A DNA stretch of 63,959 nt, filler included, from Reclinomonas americana ATCC 50394 (taxonomy: Eukaryota), in the NCBI GenBank assembly GCA_048213135.1. It is 9 parts of 2 records of this genome, joined end to end, with 100 filler letters (N's around TTAATTAATTAA, not from the genome) between each part and the next. Parts side by side here need not be neighbours in the genome. Positions count along the whole stretch, not along the records: positions 24,982 to 51,293 come from PS015360.1; 8 more parts are not named here. The stretch is one strand, 5' to 3'. How positions within the stretch are numbered: position 1 is the stretch's first letter; each line of letters begins with the position of its first letter. The notes below the pieces were generated by a model. That model searched no databases and was not told the DNA's origin. It saw only the letters and a list, made by a program, of their open reading frames with translations. Shown here one piece after another: positions 24,982-35,600 of this stretch. Both the position numbers and the translations under genes were made by a program.

Positions 24982-26907
24982 GAGGCGTTGCTGTGTGGTG
25001 GCCTCGGATTGCGCGGCCTCGCGGAGGGCTTCGCTGGCCACGCGCTCCAGCATGGCGCGGAGAAGGTGCTGCTCCAGGGCTGTGTCGGCTGCGCACTCGG
25101 CCGCCACGGCGTGTGCGGCGTCGTCGACGTAGGCGTCGAGTACCTCTTCGGTGGTTTCGAGAGCGCGGCGGCCGCGGACGTGCTCGTCGGCGATCTCGGC
25201 CACGCATTCGGTCACGACGCGGCGACACTCGTTGCGTACGTGCGTGGCCACCACGTGCTCGCACGTCTCCGCCAAAATGAGTGCGCCCTGCATCGACACG
25301 TCGTCGTGTCGCAGTGTCACCGTGTGCGCGACTGCTTGCCGCTTCGCCGCCATGTGCGAGCGCACAATGTCTGACAGGCACTCGCGAACGACCGCCGCCG
25401 TCTGCTGCCGCACCACCTCTCCCACAATGATGTCGGCCGTGGGTCGAACGAGTGCCAGCACTGCCTCGTCGTTGGCGGTGCTCGGTAGCGCCTGCGAACG
25501 TGGATCGGCCAGCACCGACGCCAGCACGTCGGGCAGGAACGACTTGCGAATCAAGTGCGTAATCACCATGTCGGCCACCGCGTTCGCATTCTTGTCGAGG
25601 TATCGCAGCTGGCGACGCTTCAGCGCCGACTTGCGTCCCAGGTGACCACGGTAGGTCTTCTGAATGCGAGTGGCGGCCTGATTCCGCCGCGACATTTCTA
25701 ACACGAGGGAAAACAAAAATGAGCACGAGGAAACAGTCCGGCAAGCGCATGCACGAATGCACCATCAAACTTGAGATATCTCTTCTGGTCGGCCTTGGCG
25801 ATTTGCGGCCGCAACGAGGCCGCCTCGCGCTTGGCCTCCTCCCGTTTCCTCTTGCTCGGCGACGACGAGCGATGTGTGCTGCGTCGCCGATCCCGATGCC
25901 GATCTCTGTCGCGATCTCGATCTCGATCCCTGTCCCTATCCCTTTCACGTTCCCGATCGCGGTGCTCCCGATGCCCGCCATGATGTCGTCGGTGCGAGTC
26001 CCTCTCTCGATGCTCACGATGCCGCCGGTGATTCGAGTGTCGCCGATGTCGCCGATCCTCCGCGTCCCGCTGCCGTCTCCGATGCTGCCGATCATCCGCT
26101 CTCCTTCGCCGCTGCTCTGCGTCCTCACAATCGGAGCACGAGCAGGATCCATCATCGTCGCCATCAGACGACGACGAGTCATCCTCCGAGTGCGACAGTG
26201 GCGGAGGCGGCGTGGTCGACGACGACGACGAATCCGACAACGACACCTCATCACTGCGCCTTCTCCTCTCCTTGCGCGCCATTGGCTTCATCGGCGGAAG
26301 CACCTCCCCTCGATTACGATAGCGATTGCGATGCCGTTGCGCGCGGACCTCACTGCAACGCACAGGTCGTGAGCATGTGGTGAGCACGCGCGCGAGACAA
26401 GACGAGCGGAACTTGACAGTCTGTGTCTCACTCGGCGCCGACAGCGCTCCTCGAGACAGCGCCGACAATGGAGTGGCCACCATACTCGGTGTCGCACCAG
26501 AGCTCTCTGGTCGTGATGGTCGCAGCGACGAGGAAGCCACCTTTCCCACACACACACACACAGTCAGAGCGATGGAAGAGAGAGTGTGTGTCTCTCGAGA
26601 AACAGACAGACCGAGGCAGCTTGATACGCAGAGACTTGATGCGCGCCTGAAGGCGTCACATAGTAGTACTGTGATGGATGAACCGCATTCGCCGCGGCCA
26701 CAGTCACCGGGTATCTGATCACCTATGTGTGAGAAGAGGAAGAGGAAACAGGTGACTAGAGGCACTCAACAGTCCATAGTAAGGCGGTGCACCCGCGGCC
26801 GCCATGTGGTGCTGAGGAGGAGCATATGGATGTGGTAATGGATGATGGTGGAGAAGAGGGGGAACAGCCGCAGCCGCCGCGGAGTACGGATACATCCCTC
26901 CCTCCAC
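24982..26907 (-). CDS. IQ-motif protein with an R/D/H-rich low-complexity region; 3' truncated
   Basis: AATRIQKTYRGHLGRK IQ motif; RD/RE dipeptide tract; several introns. Confidence 0.65.
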
Positions 26908-27103
26908 ACAACCGATTTTTCGACACCGAGTCCGTTAACGTCGCAGTGTCCTCTTCGAATTGTGGCACATATTAAAACAACCGCAGACAGAGGGGAATGG
27001 GTTGTGGAGTAACACGGGGGTAATGTGTAATCGTGTGCACGGGCGTCGCAGTTGTGTTGTTGCGAGGAGTGTCCCGCGACGTTCTCTTGTCAACTCTCAC
27101 AGC

Positions 27104-30100
27104 ATGCACGGTGTGCGCAAGTCAGATGGAGCAGCGCGTCAAGCTGCGGCTCGCGCCAAGATTGAGAACTATTGCACCTTGTCAGCGCGCAGTCTTGAGC
27201 TTGTGCGTGACATGCTCTTCTCTCTCTCTCTTTCACACACTCACTCACTCACTCTTGTCTGTTTGCGTGCGTGTGTGTGTAGCGCAAGGCCAATGCGCTG
27301 ACTGCGGAGAGCTTGGAGGTGACTGCGCAAACGCTGCTCATCAATCCGGATTATTACACATTGTGGAACTTTAGGCGCGATGTGCTCACGCACATGATTG
27401 ACAGCATGTTGCGTCTCTCTGCTCCTCTCTCAGTGTGTCTCTCTCTCGTGTGCATGGTTGCTCATATGTGGTGCATAAGGACTGATGAGAAGGAGGTTGT
27501 GGCGCTCAAGCAGCGCGAGTTGAGCTTCAACAAGGACGCGCTCAAGATCAATCCAAAGATCTACGCCATCTGGAATCACCGCAAGTGGGTGCGTTGCTCC
27601 ACCCTTTCCGCACAAGTCTCTCTCACACACATGCACGAATGAGGAGACGAGACAAGGCGGAGGAGAGCGAACACGTGGGATGTATTTCTGTAGCTGACAC
27701 ACGTTGCTTGTGTGGATCAGGTGGTGGAGAAGTTCCCGGCGTGTTGGGAACACGAGCTGTTCTTGTGCGAGCAGCTGCTGTCGCTGGATGAGCGGAATTG
27801 TTGAGTGTTTGTGGGCATCGACTTGTCTGGATGGAAGATGGATTCGTTGTTGACTGTGTACGTCGCGCCTGTCGCAGTCCACTGCTGGAACTATCGGCGA
27901 TATGTGTTGTCGCTGGCGGGAGTGCCGGCTGAGAAGGAGATCTTGTTTTCCAGGAAGAAGATTGACAAGGTGGGTGTGGGTGTTCAATCGTGGCTCTGTC
28001 TGTCGTTCAGCAGTTGTGCGAGACGCATGTTTAGGCCTACTAGTTTACTGGTAGAACCCTACGTTCCGAACGTAGTGGACCGCGTTCGATTCGCGGGTGG
28101 GCCTTTCCTTTTTGTTGAGCGTGCTCACTTTTTTTCTAATTGCTGGCTCGTCTCTTTGAAGTCTTCTGGTTGGTGTGCACGCGTTGTTTTCGTGTTGTGG
28201 TTAGAAGTGTATACGATAGTAGTAGAGTTCTTCTCTTCTGCCTCTCCTTCTTCGTGCGCCCCGCCCTTGATCTCCAGCAGAGGCTGTCGTGTCCTGTCAC
28301 CCCCCACCCCATTTGTACTATTTTTGACTTTTCATCATATCGACTCTCGATTCATCGCCTCCGTTGCCTTGCGTTCAACCCTACAGCATTCGCATACATC
28401 CTACCGTATGTCTTCTGCATGTTGGGTTCAGAGGTCGACGTATGCTTGCACGCTGGGTTTTCTGCCTGCATTGCATTTCTGAAAGATTTATTCCCATTCT
28501 CTCCCATTTCAAGAGTGCTCTTGTCGCCATACCATAGTGATAAGCAACACATGGCCTGCTAGTTTACTGGTAGAATCCTACGCTACGAACGTAGTGGACC
28601 GCGTTCGATTCGCGGGTGGGCCTTTCCTTTTTGTCGATTTGTCGTAACTTTTTCGTTGCATGTCTCCTTTTTTTCCGCGCACACATTCTTTCGTTCCGCA
28701 ACTGGATCATATGTTGCTGCAGGGGTGCTGAATGCTTCATATCTCTGTCTCCGCCTGCCTGTTCATCTCCGTTGACCTCTGCAGAAGTTGTCTTGTCCTG
28801 TAACCCTGCTCGGACTATTTTGATATCCTTCTTGTCGACACTTGATTTGTGGTTTCCTTTGCCTTTCGCTGGACCCGATGTTGACTGCGTGTTGGGTTCA
28901 GAGGTCATATGCTCGCGTTCTGGCTATCGTGTGTTGCATTTCCTGTCATTGCATATTTCCACACTTTGCGTCTCGCTGTCAAGAATGCTTTTGTTGCCTA
29001 CCATATTGATGTACGGAAGCAACACATGGCCTGCTAGTTTACTGGTAGAATCCTACGTTCGGGACGTAGGGAACCGCGTTCGATTCGCGGGTGGGCCTTT
29101 CTTCTTTTTTCTTTTGTGCCTCTAATGTTACTTTGTGTCGTTTACCTTTTGCTCACCACTGATCTGTACTCGCCTGTTGCATGCTGCATGCAGCATCTCT
29201 GTTCCTACTCCACCCTTCGCTGTCTCTTCCGTTGCATGCTGTCGCTTCTTGTCGTATTGTCGTGTCCTTGCACCTCCCAACCCTACGTTGTCCTATTTTT
29301 GACCATTTCAACACGACACGCACACTCGTTCCTCGGTCGCTCTCTTGTATCCACCCCTGGTGTCCGTGTTGTATAGACGCGCGTAGCAGCGCGCATTAGA
29401 GTACTTGCTGAAGCGACGCAATGACACAGCGTGTATGACGTCTGCATTGCAGTCGGTGCAGCACATTCCTTTCCGTTCTCTCTCTTTGCCTCGCTGTCTC
29501 AACCACCCCCTCGTCACTTGTTGGAAGGGTTAGCAGAAGCACATGACATGGCCTACTAGTTTACTGGTAGAACCCTACGCTTCGAACGTAGTGGACCGCG
29601 TTCGATTCGCGGGTGGGCCTTTCCTTTTTGTTGATTTGTGATCATTTTTTTCGTCGACAGTCTTCTTTTTGCCGCGCACACATTCTTTCGTTCCGCAACT
29701 GGTTCGTGTTGCTGCATGAGTGCTGAATGCTTCGCCTCTCTCCCTGTATCTCTCTGTGCCTGCGTGCCCATCTCCGTTTACCTGTGCAGAGTGCTCGTAC
29801 TATTTGATATCCTTCATGTCGACTCTTGATTCGTGGTTTTCTTTGCCTGTCGTTGGGCCCTGTGTTTACGATCTGTCTTGCATCATCTGCGTGTTGGGAT
29901 CAGAGGCCGCATGCTCGCATTCTGGCTATCGTGTGTTGCCTTTCCTGCCGATGCATTTTCCTCTCAGGCATCTCTCTGTCAAGAATGCTCTTGCTGCCTT
30001 ACCTTAGTGATTCACGGAAGCAACACATGGCCTGCTAGTTTACTGGTAGAATCCTACGTTAGGGACGTAGGGAACCGCGTTCGATTCGCGGGTGGGCCTT

Positions 30101-32522
30101 TCTTCTTTTTTCCTTTTGTGCCGATCTATTTTGCCAGCTCATCGCTGATCTGCACGCACTTGCTGCTTGCTGCATGCAGCATATCCTTTCCTACTCCACC
30201 CTGCCCTCTCCCTGCCGTTCTCATTCCACCCTGCCCTCTCCCTGCCGTTGCATGCTGTCGCTTCTTGTCGTATTGTCGTGTCCTTGCACCTCCCAACCCT
30301 ACGATGTCCTATTTTTGACCATTTTCAACACGTCTCGCACACTCGTTCCTCGCTCGCCATCTTCGTATCAACCCTTGGCATCTCTGTTGTATATACGCGC
30401 GTAGCAGCGCGCATTAGAGTACTTGCTGAAACGCAGCGATGGCGCAGCGTGCATGACGTCTGCCTTGCATCCGGTGCACGTGCAATTCCTTACCTTTCTC
30501 TCCCTCGGTCTCGCTATCTCAACCACCCCCTCGTCACTTGTTGGAAGAGTTAGCAGAAGCACATGACATGGCCTGCTAGTTTACTGGTAGAATCCTACGT
30601 TCGGGACGTAGGGAACCGCGTTCGATTCGCGGGCGGGCCCTTGAACGCTTCCTTTTTTTGTGTTTCTTTTTTTATTGACTCATGTGTGCTGTCTCCTCCC
30701 CGCAGAACTTCTCCAACTACTCGGCGTGGCACCACCGCAGCAATCTGCTGACGCAAATCATGGCCAGCAAGTCGACAGAGGAAAAGCGCCGCATGATCGG
30801 AGACGAGTTCGAGCTGGTGTCGCAGGCGTTTTTCACTGAGCCGGCCGATCAGAGTGCCTGGCTGTATCACCGCTGGCTTCTCGGCAAGGGTGCGTTCCAC
30901 CGAGTGCTCTGTTGCTCTTGCCGCCCTCTGAGAATTCCTTCGCCCCGCCCTCATTTTGCAGTGCCCTCGGAGCTGTTTGTGGAGAACGTGGCGCCGTCTA
31001 CGCTGGCAGGTGCACGGCAAGTGCTGTTGGCGTTCTCGACATTGGTACAGGTGCGGCTGTGCCCGGGAACTTGAACACTCCTTTGAGATGCTGAATCCCA
31101 CTGTAGGGAGTGTCGCCATCGACCGTGCTGCTGACGGCAGGCGGACACACTGTGGCAGTGACATGGACGCCCGTGTACGAGTCCACTCAGGCCGAGATCG
31201 ACCGCAGTCCGTTCGCCAGCGTGTGGCTCGGAGATGTGAGCGAAGAGGTGCCGTTGGGCGAGAGCGGTGAACTGGCAGTGCATGGAGACGGTATCGTTTC
31301 TGTGGATGGTGTGGCGCTGTCGCTGGGCGGCGTGTGCCGGTGGACTGCGGAGGGCATGGTGCTCTTGCCGCTTCTCAGCAAGGACGTTGTGGATCGGGCC
31401 GAGGAGGATCAAGGTGCTGCTGATGTCCCTTGATGATGGTGGTGGTGGTGGAGCTTCACAATTGTGTCTCATCACGAATGACATGTGTGTGTGTGCAGAG
31501 TTGCGCGCCTTGTCAGTGCTGGAAAAGGATATCGAGCTGTGTCGCGAGCTGCTGAGCGAGGAGGATGGGCTGAAATGTTGAGTGAGATGCCTTGGTCTTT
31601 GTCCCTCATCGCATTCTTTGCGTGGCTACCCTTCTCAATGCCACTGTCCACGCAACGCAGGGGCATCCATCACGCTGGCATTCTCGCTGCGCGAGCGTGA
31701 CTTGCAGATTGTTCGTCGTGAGCGACGCGTGAACCCTGCTCTTTCCGGTTCCGTACGCCCTCCTCCTCAGCTTCGTCATCGGTGTCGGTTCTCGTTGACA
31801 ATTGTGCGTGCGTGCCACAGAGAGCTCGGAGGACTCGCTTGCTTCCTCGCTGGAGGCCATCGAGCTCCTTGGTGGCCTCGCAGCCTCCGACAGCATGCAC
31901 ACACGTTACTATGACGATATGCGGAGCGACTACTCGCTGGAGCTGCGCACTCGCCATCCGTTCCCCAAGGACGCGGCTCCTCGCTCACAGGTGCACGCCG
32001 ACGACTGGACGCTGGACCTGTGTGGCCAGTGTTTCACGCGTGTGCGCCACTTGAATAGGTGTGGCGTCGTGCGCCTGCAGTCTTGCATATTGCGCACGCG
32101 CAAGTGCTAATGATTTCTGCAGGATGGTGCACATTCGCCACCTGGACTTGTCTCGCAATGCGCTCGTCTCGCTGGAGGGCATTCAGTTTTTGGCGCTGTT
32201 GGAGACTCTGATTGCCGACGACAACCAGTTGACGAATCTCGATGTGAGACTGTCGGCGCTGAAGCACTTGCGAGTGCTCTCCGTGGCCAACAATGGTGTG
32301 TGTGTGCGCCCACTTGTCCTTGTCGTGTCTGTGTGTGCGCTTGCTTGCACTCAACCGTGGTGTGCGTGTGCGCGCCGCGCAGCCATTGCGTTGTTGCCAA
32401 CCAACGCCGTGAGCGATGTGGTCACGGAGGTGCGCGGTGGCAACAATCCGGCCACCACCGCTGCTCTGCTGCGGACTGCTTTTCCGGCAGCCACGACGGT
32501 GGTGTGGGAGGTGACGGAATGA
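27104..32522 (+). CDS. RABGGTA: Rab geranylgeranyltransferase alpha subunit (prenyltransferase repeats, Ig-like region, LRR)
   Basis: MHGVRK start; INPDYYTLWNFRR, INPKIYAIWNHRKW, DERNFHCWNYRR, NFSNYSAWHHRS, AFFTEPADQSAWLYHRWLL, LRRs LDLSRNALVSL; many short introns plus one 2.7-kb intron. Confidence 0.93.
28034..28104 (+). tRNA. tRNA with anticodon CCG (nominal Arg), array copy 1
   Basis: GGCCTAC TA GTTT ACTGGTA GAAC C CTACG TT-CCG-AA CGTAG TGGA CCGCG TTCGATT CGCGG GTGGGCC T; A and B boxes; oligo-T terminator. Confidence 0.88.
28553..28623 (+). tRNA. tRNA with anticodon ACG (nominal Arg), array copy 2
   Basis: Same cloverleaf; loop CT-ACG-AA (anticodon 28585-28587); T5 terminator. Confidence 0.88.
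29028..29098 (+). tRNA. tRNA with anticodon CGG (nominal Pro), array copy 3
   Basis: Same cloverleaf; loop TT-CGG-GA (29060-29062); variable loop GGAA; T6 terminator. Confidence 0.88.
29550..29620 (+). tRNA. tRNA with anticodon TCG (nominal Arg), array copy 4
   Basis: Same cloverleaf; loop CT-TCG-AA (29582-29584); T5 terminator. Confidence 0.88.
30029..30099 (+). tRNA. tRNA with anticodon AGG (nominal Pro), array copy 5
   Basis: Same cloverleaf; loop TT-AGG-GA (30061-30063); T6 terminator. Confidence 0.88.
30570..30640 (+). tRNA. tRNA with anticodon CGG (nominal Pro), array copy 6; discriminator C
   Basis: Same cloverleaf; loop TT-CGG-GA (30602-30604); G6-C67 pair; T7 run 13 nt downstream. 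Confidence 0.88.
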
Positions 32523-32636
32523 AACACTCGGCATGCAGAGACACACAGTCACTGTGTATATTCGTTGTGTGCGTGCGGGAGAAAAAGGACATTGCCGGTG
32601 CCGCGCGACTCGGTGATCCACGTGCTTGGAGCGGAA

Positions 32637-35600
32637 TTAGCGCACAATGGAGTTGGGAATCGCCGGCTGTGTGCAGATACCGGCCGATGTCATCGCCGGG
32701 TTGCCGCGGAAGTTGCAGATGCCACTCTCGTCGGTCCGCAGGTCCTGCGCGAAGAGTAAGCCGTCAGGAACAACAACGAAGAGGGAGAGAGAGAAAAGAC
32801 GCAACTGCCAGAACCACTGGAATCTTCTTGGAGCTGAGGACCTTGTCGGGCGCTGCCTCAAAGCCGGCAAACGACACGCGCTCGCCGATGCGCGATCCCT
32901 CTGGCGGATTGATAAAGTCGACCTTGCTGTCGTCGGCACTGGCAGCGCACAGGACCATGGCCTCGCTCTTCACGTCGCGCAGCTTGGAGGGCTTCATGTT
33001 GCACACGACAAGAATGACACGGTCCTGCGATATGCCGGGCGACAGGTGAGGGAAACGGCACGCTGGGACACGCATCAGCCATGCACAACCAACCTGCATC
33101 CTGTCAATCGGGATGTGTTGCACGAGTCCACTGACCACCTGGCGCGGCTCCGCCTCACCCACGTCGATCCTTTCCACATACAGCCTGCCGACAACAAGAA
33201 AGATGAACAATGACCGCGATATCGATCGTGCTTCTGACAGAAACACAGAGACAACGTACCGATCGGCCGTCGGGTGACGCTCCACATGCACAATGCGACC
33301 GACGCGAATGTCAAACGCCGAAATGTCTTCCAGATCCACCTTGGGTGGTGGAGGTGGAGCCTTCGTCTTTTCCTTCTTCTCCTTCTTCTCTGTCCGCTTG
33401 CCAGCGGCGGCCGGGGGTGCAGATTCCGCTGCCGCAGCCGCAGATTCAGAGGCAACAGATTCCGCGGCGGCTTCCGACTTCTGTGATGCCGGTGGCGGTG
33501 GTGGTGGTGCGCCACTGCCAGACGCTCCCCCCGAGGCGTCGGCGAATTCCAGCGGCGCCTCTCCAATGCTGCGACGGTACTCGTTGTGCGCCTCCAGCTG
33601 CTTCTCCCACTGCTTCTGCAACCTCTTCTGCGCGGCCTTGGCCACCGGCTTGCCGTCCTTGTCGACGGTTGGCAGACCCCTCTCGTCCCAGGCCGAGTAC
33701 TCCGCGTCCCTGAACATGTCCAGCGGCGACTTCTTTGCCGCCTCCAGTTTCAACGCTGTGAACGGGCGCAACGTCGGCGACAGAATGCGCCAGAGAAATC
33801 CGGCCAACAACAACAACAACGAACCCTGCGCAGCCTCACGCTCCAACCGGCGCTTCTCCTTATCCGCTTCCCGTGCAGCCTCCGCAGCGCGCTTCTCTTC
33901 CAACTCCTGCTGCAAAACCTCCGGCTTCTCAAACTTCCATGCACTCTTGCCGTCGGGGCGGTCCTCCAGACGCACACCAAGAGGAATCAAGGTGGTGTCA
34001 CGGATATCGTCAGTCATGCGCAAAATCACTTGGTAATCTGCGACGAGCGAGCAAGTGCGTGAGCGAGTGAGAGACACAAGAACAGCCATAAGTTCTCCCC
34101 CCACGCTCGTCAATCCCAACACACCTGCTTTTTGACGAGCCGCCGTGCGCACTTGCTCGCGGAAATCGGCGAGCACGTTGAGGTACGGTGCGATGCGGTC
34201 CTCCGCCTGTCAGCAAGAGACGTTGGTCAGTGCATGGCCATCGAATCAATAAACGAAGAGGCGTCTNNNNNNNNNNNNNNNNNNNNNNNNNNNNNNNNNN
34301 NNNNNNNNNNNNNNNNNNNNNNNNNNNNNNNNNNNNNNNNNNNNNNNNNNNNNNNNNNNNNNNNNNNNNNNNNNNNNNNNNNNNNNNNNNNNNNNNNNNN
34401 NNNNNNNNNNNNNNNNNNNNNNNNNNNNNNNNNNNNNNNNNNNNNNNNNNNNNNNNNNNNNNNNNNNNNNNNNNNNNNNNNNNNNNNNNNNNNNNNNNNN
34501 NNNNNNNNNNNNNNNNNNNNNNNNNNNNNNNNNNNNNNNNNNNNNNNNNNNNNNNNNNNNNNNNNNNNNNNNNNNNNNNNNNNNNNNNNNNNNNNNNNNN
34601 NNNNNNNNNNNNNNNNNNNNNNNNNNNNNNNNNNNNNNNNNNNNNNNNNNNNNNNNNNNNNNNNNNNNNNNNNNNNNNNNNNNNNNNNNNNNNNNNNNNN
34701 NNNNNNNNNNNNNNNNNNNNNNNNNNNNNNNNNNNNNNNNNNNNNNNNNNNNNNNNNNNNNNNNNNNNNNNNNNNNNNNNNNNNNNNNNNNNNNNNNNNN
34801 NNNNNNNNNNNNNNNNNNNNNNNNNNNNNNNNNNNNNNNNNNNNNNNNNNNNNNNNNNNNNNNNNNNNNNNNNNNNNNNNNNNNNNNNNNNNNNNNNNNN
34901 NNNNNNNNNNNNNNNNNNNNNNNNNNNNNNNNNNNNNNNNNNNNNNNNNNNNNNNNNNNNNNNNNNNNNNNNNNNNNNNNNNNNNNNNNNNNNNNNNNNN
35001 NNNNNNNNNNNNNNNNNNNNNNNNNNNNNNNNNNNNNNNNNNNNNNNNNNNNNNNNNNNNNNNNNNNNNNNNNNNNNNNNNNNNNNNNNNNNNNNNNNNN
35101 NNNNNNNNNNNNNNNNNNNNNNNNNNNNNNNNNNNNNNNNNNNNNNNNNNNNNNNNNNNNNNNNNNNNNNNNNNNNNNNNNNNNNNGGGAGAGCATTGGT
35201 CAGTGGCCGAACACGGTTCTTTGCTTTCTCGTCGAGCGCGACGCAACGTGGCCATGGCCGAGCACTCAATGTGCCAACCGGGGCGACCGCGTCCCCACGG
35301 CGAGTCCCACGCTGGCTCGCCAATCTTTGAGGCCTTCCACAGCGCAAAATCGGCCGCCGTCTTCTTCTCCGACACACCACCGCACAGCGAACCTGCCAGC
35401 GAAGAGGACGACAAAATGTCAGGAGAGACCACGCACGCATCAGCGATTGACAGACTGGACGGACTGACCCTCGCCCTCAGCCATCAGCTCCAGATCATTG
35501 TGGCGCTCTGGTGCGAGCTTGGGATGCTCGTGGCCGGCAGCGAGGTAGGCAGTGGTGTCAAAGTACACCGAACCAGTGGCGCTGGCGTACGCAAAGCCAT

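Larger units (their letters stand above)
28034..30660 (+). repeat. Tandem ~475-540 bp tRNA+spacer units of two types (order A-A-B-A-B-B')
   Basis: Start-to-start spacing 519, 475, 522, 479, 541; spacers after copies 2 and 4 (and more distantly 1) are alike, and spacers after copies 3 and 5 are alike. Confidence 0.9.

Noticed and set aside
28034..30640. Regularly spaced repeats resembling a CRISPR array
   Set aside because: The repeats are 71-nt tRNA cloverleafs with ~400-470 nt spacers that are homologous to each other; the context is eukaryotic and there are no cas genes
27805..30751. ORFs inside the tRNA array (e.g. repeated WPASLLVESYVRDVGNRVRFAGGP)
   Set aside because: These are translations of the tRNA repeats, with no coding signature
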